Source of the DNA: Octopus sinensis
Taxonomy: Eukaryota
Length of the DNA: 64,000 nt
Direction: 5' to 3'
Assembly (NCBI RefSeq): GCF_006345805.1
Contig: NC_043006.1
Location: forward strand, 2,542,001-2,606,000
In this document: piece by piece, positions 24,755-35,237 of the stretch
Numbering within the stretch: the first letter of the stretch is position 1
Layout: each line of letters begins with the position of its first letter
Translations under genes and position numbers: made by a program
Notes under the pieces: model-generated
The model's input: the letters and a program-made list of their open reading frames with translations, nothing else
Told to the model about the DNA's origin: nothing
Databases searched by the model: none

Positions 24755-24998
24755 TATCATCATCATCATCATCATCATCGTTAAGCGTCCACTTTCCATG
24801 CTGGCATGGGTTGGACGGTGCAACTGGGGTCTGGGAAGCCAGAAGGCTGCACCAGGCCCAGTCTGATCTGGCAATGTTTCTATGGCTTGATGCCCTTCCT
24901 AATGCCAACCACTCCATGAGTGTTGTGTCCCAAGAAGGAAAGGTATGCATAGGTGGACTGAGGCCATGGGTTATGGTCTCACTTGTCCTGCCGGGTCT
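24755..24998 (-). mobile_element. 5'-truncated RTE 3' end nested in the R4/Dong RT
   Basis: (GAT)n tail, GGAAGGGCATC core, and CAAGAAGGAAAGGTATGCAT...TCACTTGTCCTGCC homologous to 30350-30400; interrupts LFMDDLKF...NEYQVSSL. Confidence 0.9.
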
Positions 24999-25162
24999 AC
25001 CATAAATTTCAGGTCATCCATGAATAACAAATAGTCGACTTTTTGTTGCCGGCTTTTGAATCCATACCCAGCCTTTGCTTTCCTCAGAATCAGTGTTAGT
25101 GGTATCATACACAGTACAAAGATCAGTGGGTCAGGCAGTCCCCTTGGAAGATGCTTCTCCTG

Positions 25163-25316
25163 ATGTATGATCCTTGGAGGGAAAAGGGATTGTTTCAACT
25201 CACGGAATAGAGACTATGTGATCAAGCTAGAGCAATAAAAAAATCGTTGGTTCACAGAAGTAGAGCTCGAAGCTATCAAAAGACAGGTCTTGGAAAACTG
25301 CAGCAGAGATAATGAT
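25163..25316 (+). repeat. Inverted, diverged copy of 26723-26878 inserted within the R4/Dong RT
   Basis: ATGTATGATCCTTGGAGGGAAAAGGGATTGTTTCAACTCACGG...GCAGAGATAATGAT is the reverse complement (with several substitutions) of 26723-26878. Confidence 0.9.
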
Positions 25317-27230
25317 ATAAACTTCTTCCATATGCTGTCAGGTCTGTCCTCCACTTCGCCATACTTTTTCCAAGCAATTGCTCAACATTCGATGCAATCT
25401 CAAATAGGTTCATACATTCCATTAGCCAAGAGTTTGGGATTATATTGTACGCGTTACAATAGTTGATCCATGACATGGCTAAGTTAGTTTTCTTCCTCTT
25501 GCAGTCTCTAAGTACAGTTTTGTCTATCAGGAGTTGATCCTTGGTACTGCTGCACATACGCTTGCAAGCCTTCTGCTCATGTGGTAGGACTCCATTTTTT
25601 TTTTCAGATGTTCGTACATTGACACTGCGAATATTCCAGTCCGTAATTTCCGCATAAGTGGCAAACAGGACATCGGCCTGCAATTGTTTACCGTATTGCT
25701 TTTGTGATGTTTTTCAGGCACAGCACTGTCCTACCCAATGTCCCACCCTCTCTGGTGTTCCTTGGTCAGCATTTAAGAAGGTGTTGAGTTGTGCAGCTAT
25801 TCGTGCATGACATTCACCAAATCTTTTGACCCAGTAGCCTTGAACTCCATCTGGTCTCAGGGCCTTCCAGTTGCTAATTTGATTGCTCATTTCCTTTACT
25901 TTCCCTTACTAAAATGACTAGTTCTGCCTGTTTTGGACAGACCACTGTTTGTTTCCGTTCTTGCAACCATTCAGCATCCTTCTTGGGCTCCTTGTCTTTG
26001 CTCCAGATGTCTCTCCAAAACCTTTGACTTTCGATGTTATCTGGTATCAGCTTTTCATCTGTACACTCTCCATTTATGTCTTTATAGAATCTCTTCTGAT
26101 CTACTCTGAATAACCTATTCTGGTGGTAACCCTTCATTCTTTGGTCGTATTTTACCATCTTTGCTTTCTTTGCTACGAGGCGCTGTTCCAGCTCCTCCAT
26201 TACCACTTTCAGGCCCTTTCTTTCAATATTATACTTCCTTTTCAGCGACCTGTATTTTTGTTCGCTTTTAAGTTCCCCTTTCTCTTTCCCTCAACAGCAT
26301 GTCTAACCCTGCCTGGATTCTTCTTTTCCACCATGGATCTTTTCTTTTGTCACTCCCAATTTGTTTCTTTTTCTTGACATCAACACCCACGTTCTCTGCT
26401 ACAACAATACTTGCTGCCTTGATCAAATTATTTGCTTCTGTGATGTTGTTTGTTCTGATGTATTTCAGAATTTCATTCACATTTTTCGTTCCTTGGTTCA
26501 ATTTCCACCGATCAACCTTTTTTTAAGGTTGCAAATAATGTCGTTATCGTTCTCCTGTAGTCTTGCCTTTATTCTGACGTAGATTGCCTTTTGTTCATCT
26601 GTCATGTCACTATTAGTTTTATTGTCTTCTTTTAGATCACCTATATGTCTCTCATCAAATAAACTACCACGGGTCCTTTCCTGTGCTGTGAGACTACTTC
26701 TATTAATAAGAGCTGTATTTTCATCATTATCTCTGCTGCTATTTTCCAAGACCCATTTTTTGATAGCTTCAAGCTCTACTTCTTTGAACCAACGATTTTT
26801 TCTTATTGCTCTAGCTTGATCACATAGTCTCTGTTCCGTGAGTTGAAACAATTCCTTTTCTCTCCTAGGATCATACATACGTTGTCAGTAACCCCTAATT
26901 TGAGCACCGTTTTTATCTACCAGGTTGCTCAGTAGTAACACTCCATGATCACGGCATTAATTTGCTTGCTCCATCTACGCGGTGTGTGGTGGTCCTTTTC
27001 TGGATATCGACAGGCTGGAGCCAGACCAGAATCTCTGAACCTGCCGGATGCAACACTGTCACCATCACTGGCTTCAGTTTCATTACCACCTTTATTCACA
27101 ATATTTTGTTTTTTCATTGTCACTCATATGAGGTAGTGATTATCAGGTGGCGCAATTACCAGTGTTTTTATTGTGATACCATCACTAGATGTATCATTAA
27201 TCAGGACGTGGAGAGGCTGCACCTGATTCC

Positions 27231-27307
<77 letters not shown>

Positions 27308-27331
27308 GTAGTAATAATAATAATAATAGTA

Positions 27332-27379
<48 letters not shown>

Positions 27380-27397
27380 GTAATAATAATAATAATA

Positions 27398-27435
<38 letters not shown>

Positions 27436-27446
27436 TAGTAATAATA

Positions 27447-27484
<38 letters not shown>

Positions 27485-27505
27485 GTAGTAATAATAATAA
27501 TAGTA

Positions 27506-27546
<41 letters not shown>

Positions 27547-27606
27547 TTTTATTATTATTATTACTATTACTATTATTATTATTATTATTAGTAGTAGTAG
27601 TATTAG
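27231..27606. repeat. Long (AAT)n microsatellite switching to (ATT)n/(AGT)n
   Basis: About 315 bp of (AAT)n with AGT variants, then from about 27546 the complementary-strand motif. Confidence 0.95.
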
Positions 27607-28360
27607 TTTATTTGTCAGAGTGCACATTCTGCAACCTCTTAAGCCACTTTCTGTTCTTCTTGTCCCCTCTTCTCTCTGCTCTTGTCCTGTCTTTTCCATT
27701 TTAGCTGATATTTATCATATATCAGTGGAAATTGTTGAACAAATTTCACTGTAAAACATTAATATTCTAAGTATCAGACTGAATGTATTTTCGGAAATAT
27801 CCTAATTAGTCCTTTGTTACAGTTCTTTAGAACAAACTGTATTCCAAACTTTATACTGTTACATACAGACTGTGTTTGAAGCTTTATACTGATATATTAT
27901 AAAAGCAAAGTATTGTGATAACAGATAACCATTAGAGGAAGGATGGATGTGGATATCCAAAGATGTCTTATTAATGCTGAACCTTTGTCTCTACAAATTG
28001 CTAACATTTTTCATGTTTGAATGCCAGGTAACTTGTAACTAATTGTTACATTTATATATCAAGAGAGATGCAGAAAGCTGAAGTAAGAGTTTGCACAATC
28101 AGCTGAAGGGCAGACAGGTAATATTGTGATAGAATTATCAAGACATTGTGTGTTAGGACTACACTACTTACCTGTATATAGCTACCCCTGGGTAGAAACC
28201 TCTGTAAGCAGTGATAGCACTGAAAGTGATGTGTCTTTTCTGTGTTTGTGGGTAGAACTTGAAATGAATGAACTCTTACCAAATCCTAAAAACTTTTTGT
28301 AATGACAAGGGTGTTCAGTGGTACCCTAAATGAATGATTTATAGAATTCACAATTTACAT

Positions 28361-28361
28361 C

Positions 28362-28394
<33 letters not shown>

Positions 28395-28770
28395 CTTGTT
28401 TTAATGCCCACTTTTCCATGCTCGCATGGGTTGGACAAAATTTGTTGAGGCAGGTTTTCTGCAGCTAACCCTCATCAAGTAAGGCAATATTTTCTCATGA
28501 CCAAACATGTTTTTCACAGAAGATTAGAAATGAAGGACCCTGCTTGCATGAAAGGGACACTTGTTTATGACTATAATGCAATATCAAGGCAAGGAGACAG
28601 TCTCATACACATATATGAAGGGCTTCTTTCAGTTTCTGTCTGTCAAATCCACCCACAAAGCTTTGGTAAGCCTGGGGTTAGAAAAAAAGACTTGCCCAAA
28701 GTTTCGTGAAGTGGGACTGAACCCAGAACCATGTGGTTGAGAAGCAAACTTCTTACCACACAGCCTTACC
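28361..28770 (-). mobile_element. tRNA-derived SINE, family A head/core with an RTE-type tail
   Basis: Minus strand starts GGCTGTGTGGTAAGAAGTTTGCTTCTCAACCACATGGTTCTGGGTTCAGTCCCAC and ends GTCCAACCCATGCGAGCATGGAAAAGTGGGCATTAAAAC..(GAT)n. Confidence 0.85.
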
Positions 28771-29680
28771 TGTGCCTATATCTATCAAAAGAGAAGTCGA
28801 TGAAATGTCCTCAATAATTTAAATACAGAAATGACTGTAGCTGTATGACTTAGTAATTAGAATGGGATAAACAAATTGTTTGCTTTAAAACTAAATGGAA
28901 TCGATAATTTTATTTTTCCTAACAAATTTCTTCCTCATGTGACTGACACGAGAAACAAATTTCTACTGAAACAGTTATTTGCTGCTGCTGCTGCTGCTGC
29001 TGCTGCCTCTAGCCGAGTGATATATAGTCTGTAGGTAACTCTTGGAAAATACATGCTTGGCTGATTATTCTGTGCCAAGTTATTTCACTAAGTTTCCATG
29101 CTAGCAGAAGCATTGAATGATCTTAAATCATGAGCAAGCTGAAGTAATTTTCTTAATCATTGAACTGTGTGCACAGAGAAGGGAGATAGGAAAGAAAAAA
29201 AGAGAAAAAAAAAATAGAGGAAAAAAAAAAAGAAAGGAAAAGAGACTCAAGCGTAATTTCTAGCTGAGGAAAACTGTGGTTAGAGTAGGATGGCATAAGA
29301 AGATGCGTTCCTAAAAAGTTCAACCACAAAGTCGACTATATATAACAAATTGATAGCTGAAGCAGAGTTCAACATATCCACCTATTCAGATGAGAGCTCA
29401 TAAAGACCTTTGAAGTCGGATCAATATTGTGCATTACTGCCATTACTTCATATTTAGCATCTCATTATACATCTCTGCTGTACGTACAGCATGTTGTAAG
29501 TTATATCTTTTTCATAAGGTTCTTTTGATTGGTCGATGTGGGTGACAATGTACACTTGATGTTGTTTGCTTACTATTGTTTATAAGGCTTAACTGCAGTT
29601 AAGGAGAGATCTAAAGGGAATTGACCATTGCTACTGCCAAGAATAAGGCACTTGAACCTGAGAATACTTAATTTAATGAT

Positions 29681-29726
<46 letters not shown>

Positions 29727-29830
29727 TTTCAAATTTTGTCACAAAGGTGCTAAGCTGATTACATCGACCCCAATAATATATATATATATGTATGTGTGTG
29801 TGTGTGTATATATATATATATGTGTATATA

Positions 29831-29882
<52 letters not shown>

Positions 29883-29885
<3 letters not shown>

Positions 29886-31670
29886 TCATCATTATCATCA
29901 TCGTTTAACGTCCATTCTCCATGCTAGCATGGGTTGGACGGTTCGACCGGGAATCTGGGAAGCCAGAAGGCTGCATCAGGCTCCAGTCTTATCTGGCAAT
30001 GTTTCTACAGCTGCATGCCCTTCCTAATGCCAACCACTCCGTGAGTGTAGTGGGTGCTTTTTACGTGCCACCTGCACAGGTGCCAGGCGAGGCTGGCAAC
30101 GGCCACGGTCGGATTGGTGCATTTTACGTGCCACCAGCACGGAAGCCAGTCGAGGCGGCGCTGGCATCGGCCACGAGTCGGATAGTGCTTTTTATGTACC
30201 ACCAGTCCAGGAGTCCTGGCTGGTTCAATTCGATTTCGATTTCACTTGCCCCAACATGTCTTCGCAAGCAAAGGGGGTTGGCATGGGTGCCTGTCGTCGG
30301 ATGAGGTTCTATTACGACTTCGCTTCCCTCAACAGGTCTTTGTGTGTCCAAGGGAGGAAAGGCATGCATAAGTGGGCTGGGCTCACTTGTCCTGCCTGGT
30401 CTTCTCACGTACAGCATATTTCCAAAGGTCTCGGTCGCTGGTCATTTCCTCAGTGAGGCCTAAGGTTCGAAGGTCGTGCTTCACCACTTCGTCCCAGGTT
30501 TCCCTGGGTCTACCTCTTCCACGGGTTCCCTCAACTGCTAGGGATTGGCCCTTTTTCACACACCTATCTTCATCCATTCTCACCACATGACCATACCAGC
30601 GCAATCGTCTCTCTTGCACACCACAACTGATGCTTCTTAGGTACAACATTTCTCTCAAGGTGCTAACGCTCTGTCGAGTATGTACACTGACATTGCACAT
30701 CCATCGGAGCATACTGGCTTCATTCCTCACGAGCTTACGCATGTCCTCAGCAGTCACGGCCCATGTTTCACTGCCATGTAGCATGGCTGTTCGTACACAT
30801 GCATCATACTGTCTGCCTTTTACTCTGAGCGAGAGGCCTTTAGTCACCAGCAGAGGTAAGAGCTCCGTAAACTTTGCCCAGGCTATTCTTATTCTAGCAG
30901 TTACACTTTCAGCGCACCCACCCCCACTACTGACTTGGTCACCTAGATACCGGAAGCTATCAACTACTTCTAGTTTTTCCCCCTGGAAAGTGATGGAAGT
31001 TGTTTTCTGCAGATTTTCGGAGGTTAATGCTCCCGAGCATCTGCCACATACAAAAACTATCTTCCCAGTTAGCCTATCTTTGACATTGCTGCACCTCTTA
31101 TGTGTCCATAGCTTACACTGGGTACATCTTATAGAGTTTCTACCTACACCTTTTCTACAGATCAAGCAGGGCCATCTTCCTGAAGACATTTGTGGATTGT
31201 CTACCTTCCTACTTATTAGTACTTTGGTTTTAGCTAGGTTGACTCTAAGGCCCCTCGATTCTAAACCCTCCTTCCACACCTGGAACTTCTCCTCTAGTTC
31301 TGATAGTGACTCAGCAATTAGAGCAAGGTCGTCACCATAGAGGAGCTCCCTGTCTTGAATTCCTTCGTAATTGCCTGGAGGACTATGATAAATAGGAGGG
31401 GGCTGAGTACTGAACCCTGGTGGACACCAACCTCTACTGTGAATTCTTCTGTGTACATGTTGCCAACCCTAACCTCACTTATGGCATCTCTGTACATGGC
31501 TTGCACAGCCCTCACCAGCCATTCATCTATCCCTAGTTTCCTCATTGACCACCAGATAAGGGATCGGGGGACTCTATCAAAGGCTTTCTCCATGTCAACG
31601 AAAGCCAGGTACAGGGGCTTATCTTTGGCTAGGTATTTCTCCTGCAGCTGCCTTACCAGGAATATAGCAT
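29883..31670 (-). mobile_element. RTE-clade LINE, 5'-truncated, relatively young (one frameshift)
   Basis: [35 protein letters not shown]...[13 protein letters not shown]; frameshift just before LLYGDDL; ORF 30383-31279 with a Cys-rich insert and LLHGSETW-like and RLRWYGHVVRM motifs; ~500-nt 3' UTR and (GAT)n tail. Confidence 0.95.
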
Positions 31671-31725
31671 ATGTATATATATATATGTATATATATATAT
31701 GTATGTATATATATATATGTATATA

Positions 31726-32289
<564 letters not shown>

Positions 32290-32404
32290 GTACGTTTAAA
32301 TATTTGTTGTGCAAATATATATATATATGTATTATATATATATATGTATATATATATATGTATATATGTATATGTATATGTATATATATATATATATGTA
32401 TTTT

Positions 32405-32706
32405 GATAATCAGTGAATAGACTTCACTGAATTATAGATATATACAATACGAAGTCGAGACAAGTATCACCAGCTGACCGGTGTCTGCTACTCTAGGCCG
32501 AAGAAGGACAATAATCCTGAAACACATGTCCCTAGATGCAGCTCCGGCGGCCTGGGGTGTTTGTCTCCCCTTCGTAAATGTATATAAGGACACAGGGAAA
32601 AATGTGTCAAAGCCATCAGGAGGCGTCGATGCTTCCTAGGGCTATACAGCGGTGGTGTACCCCCCTACTGTCACGTTCGTGTTAGATTGACAGTATACAA
32701 CCATTC

Positions 32707-32707
<1 letters not shown>
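32405..32707 (+). mobile_element. Retrozyme-like / solo Penelope-terminal-repeat-like element inserted in (TA)n
   Basis: About 300 bp, CpG-retaining, no ORF, carries a hammerhead fold plus at least four additional hairpins; (TA)n on both sides. Confidence 0.6.
32485..32541 (+). ncRNA. Type I hammerhead ribozyme fold with U4>C core
   Basis: Helix I TCTAGG(32492-97)/CCTAGA(32531-36), extended by CTGC/GCAG; core CCGAAGA; helix II AGGA-CAATAA-TCCT; GAAA; helix III AC-ACAT-GT; cleavage triplet GTC (C32530). Confidence 0.75.
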
Positions 32708-32792
<85 letters not shown>

Positions 32793-32810
32793 CTATGTAT
32801 ATATTATATA

Positions 32811-32895
<85 letters not shown>

Positions 32896-32987
32896 ATATA
32901 TATATATATATGTATATATGAATATATATATATGTATGTATATATATATGTATATAATATATATGTATGTATATATATACGTATATG

Positions 32988-33045
<58 letters not shown>

Positions 33046-33112
33046 TATATATATGTATATATAATATATATATATATATATATCTATATATATATATATA
33101 TATATATATATC

Positions 33113-33840
33113 TTTTTTATTTTTTCTCTAGTTTCAGCTCAGAGCTGCGGCCATGTTGATGCACCGCCGTTTTGTGCTACACTGTTATTACTAAGAGCCT
33201 CCTCTAATATGTGGAATTTGGTGAAGAATGGAGTATGATATAGCTACTCTCATTTGCACCTCTTGCCGTGAGGTAGGTTCATCTGGGACTCTTGACAGGA
33301 AGATGTCCAGCTTTGATTTAAAAACCGCTACGTCTACTTTGTGCAAGTTACTCAGATTCTTTGGGAGAATATTAAAAAGCTGTGCGCCCTTGAAACCCAG
33401 GCTGTTGCAGAAGCTGGTCCTGAAGCGTGATGGCATTGCTGGGATCTTTGCCACTATGCAGTGTCGTCCCGTTCTAGCATTGGTGTAGCTTACAATGCCA
33501 AAATTTGGCACAATTCCTTCCAGGATCTTCCAGACATATATTACTGCATACCTCTCCCGTCTTCTCTCCAGGGAGTAGAGTCTTAGCTGTTTCAACCTTT
33601 CCTAGTAGCTGAGCTGTTGCAAAGAGACGACCTTCTTTGTGAATCTTCTCTGGATTGCTTCAAGGTCCGCTGTTAATTTTACACTGGTGGGTGACCATAG
33701 CTGTGAGCAGTAATCCTGGCGGCTGAGAACGAATGTCCGCCAGAGGACCATCATGGTTTCTTTATCTCTGGTTCTGAATGTTCCTAGGATCCATCCAGCC
33801 AGTCGTCTGCACTTTGTCGCCATCCTGGTAATGTGCACCT
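33113..33840 (-). mobile_element. CR1-type LINE 3' fragment
   Basis: RLAGWILGTFRTRD...VLSRQDYCSQLWSP...LEAIQRRFTK...LSY*ERLKQLRLYSLERRRERYAVIYVWKIL; 3' end GGCGGTGCATCAACATGGCCGCAGCTCTGAGCTGAAACTAG plus A-rich tail. Confidence 0.88.
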
Positions 33841-34162
33841 GTGATGGTGGAATATAAAAAGCACCATTTGAGCGTGGCCATTTCCAGTGCTGTCTGACTG
33901 GCTCCTGTGTTGATGGCATGTAAAAAGCACCATTCAAGCATGGTTGAAGTCAGTACCACCTGACTGGCCTTCATGCCGGTGACATGTAAAAAGCACCCAC
34001 TATACTCTGTTTGGTGTTAGGAAGGGCATCCATCTGTAGAAACCTTTCCATATCAGAATGGAGCCTGGTACAGCCTTCTTGCTTGCCAGTCCTCAATCAA
34101 ACCGTCCAACCCATGCCAGCATGGAAAGTGGATATTAAACGATGATGATGATGATGATGGTG
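33835..34162 (+). mobile_element. Short copy of the RTE LINE 3' UTR
   Basis: TAAAAAGCACC repeat units, GGTGTTAGGAAGGGCATCC core, ATTAAAC(GAT)n tail. Confidence 0.88.
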
Positions 34163-34621
34163 ATTAGACTAATAGTGATGTTTATTGAGACAAAATATCT
34201 TCCTTAATTTATGTTATGGAAAAATAACACATCTACTTCAAATTTAAAAGTCTTGTTGCTAAAAGTTATCCAACTGTAGAAACTTCTGTTTAAACCATTC
34301 ATGCAAATATCTGAGTCTGTGAAACCATCCAACCATCCAAATGTCCTACCAATTTGGCTCAAAATGAATTATTATTTTCCTCTTGTATGATTTGGATATG
34401 TGGCATTAGGGAATAAAAATGGCAAACCATTTTCATAGCAAAGTAAATAAGTAAATAATTAATAACTGAAAATATCAACTTTCAATTTTTGTACAGTTAT
34501 AATTTCGATTATATAGATAACAGCTCAAGTATGATTAGAACACTTTAATTGTAGTCATAAACCACACAATTGCATAAAAACTGGAAATAAACTCATTCTT
34601 GATTCCTTAAAATGTGAGATA

Positions 34622-34903
34622 GTTGTTAGCCCGATTATGTTGTTAGCCCGATTATGTTGTTAGCCCGATTATGTTGTTAGCCCGATTATGTTGTTAGCCC
34701 AATTATGTTGTTAGCTCGATTTTGTTGTTAGCCCGATTTTGTTGTTAGCCCGATTATGTTGTTAGCCCGATTATGTTGTTTGCCCGATTATGTTGTTAGC
34801 CCGATTATGTTGTTTGCCCGATTATGTTGTTAGCCCAATTATGTTGTTAGCCTGATTATGTTGTTAGCCCGATTATGTTGTTAGCCCGATTATGTTGCTA
34901 ACC
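34622..34903. repeat. 17-bp minisatellite (GTTGTTAGCCCGATTAT)n, about 16-17 copies
   Basis: Direct inspection; near-perfect units, no spacers. Confidence 0.95.
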
Positions 34904-35182
34904 TGTTTTATGTTCCTAGATTTGAAATCAGTTTGATAAGTGCCATAAGCAAAACTCTCGAGTCACCTTTGTAACTGTCTGCTGATTGAAAATAATTAAA
35001 AAGTATATATGTTCTTGTATTGAGTGCTATTTCTTCTGTTTATTCAATCTCTCTCTCTATTTTTTATGTATCTTCTTCCATATTCCTTAATTTCAAATCC
35101 AAATTTCTAATCCCACCAAATATTATGGAGAAATCATTATCTCTCCCTTGTATTAATTGTCTGCAAGGAGACACTGCATGTG

Positions 35183-35237
<55 letters not shown>

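Larger units (their letters stand above)
23231..27230 (-). mobile_element. R4/Dong-clade site-specific non-LTR retrotransposon (RT + restriction-like endonuclease), near full length, many disablements
   Basis: N-terminal RRWSKQINAVIMECYY; RT motifs [35 protein letters not shown]; CCHC KCRICG...WHITS...RHDNIAKLVH; REL KPDIVLIEKESKLCWIIDIACP...KVDRY; short 3' UTR and (TAA)n tail at 23231-23250. Confidence 0.93.

Noticed and set aside
26962-27699. Poly-Asn / poly-Ile ORFs (also 46813-47281)
   Set aside because: Translations of (AAT)n arrays.
28172-28285. 114-nt minus-strand exon candidate (DLVRVHSFQ...HFQCYHCLQRF...YIQ|GTAAGT)
   Set aside because: Splice sites are plausible but the Cys/His spacing fits neither LIM nor C2H2, and no partner exons were found; cannot be supported without RNA data.
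34622-34903. Regular short repeats resembling a CRISPR array
   Set aside because: Units are directly adjacent with no unique spacers, there are no cas genes, and the context is eukaryotic.
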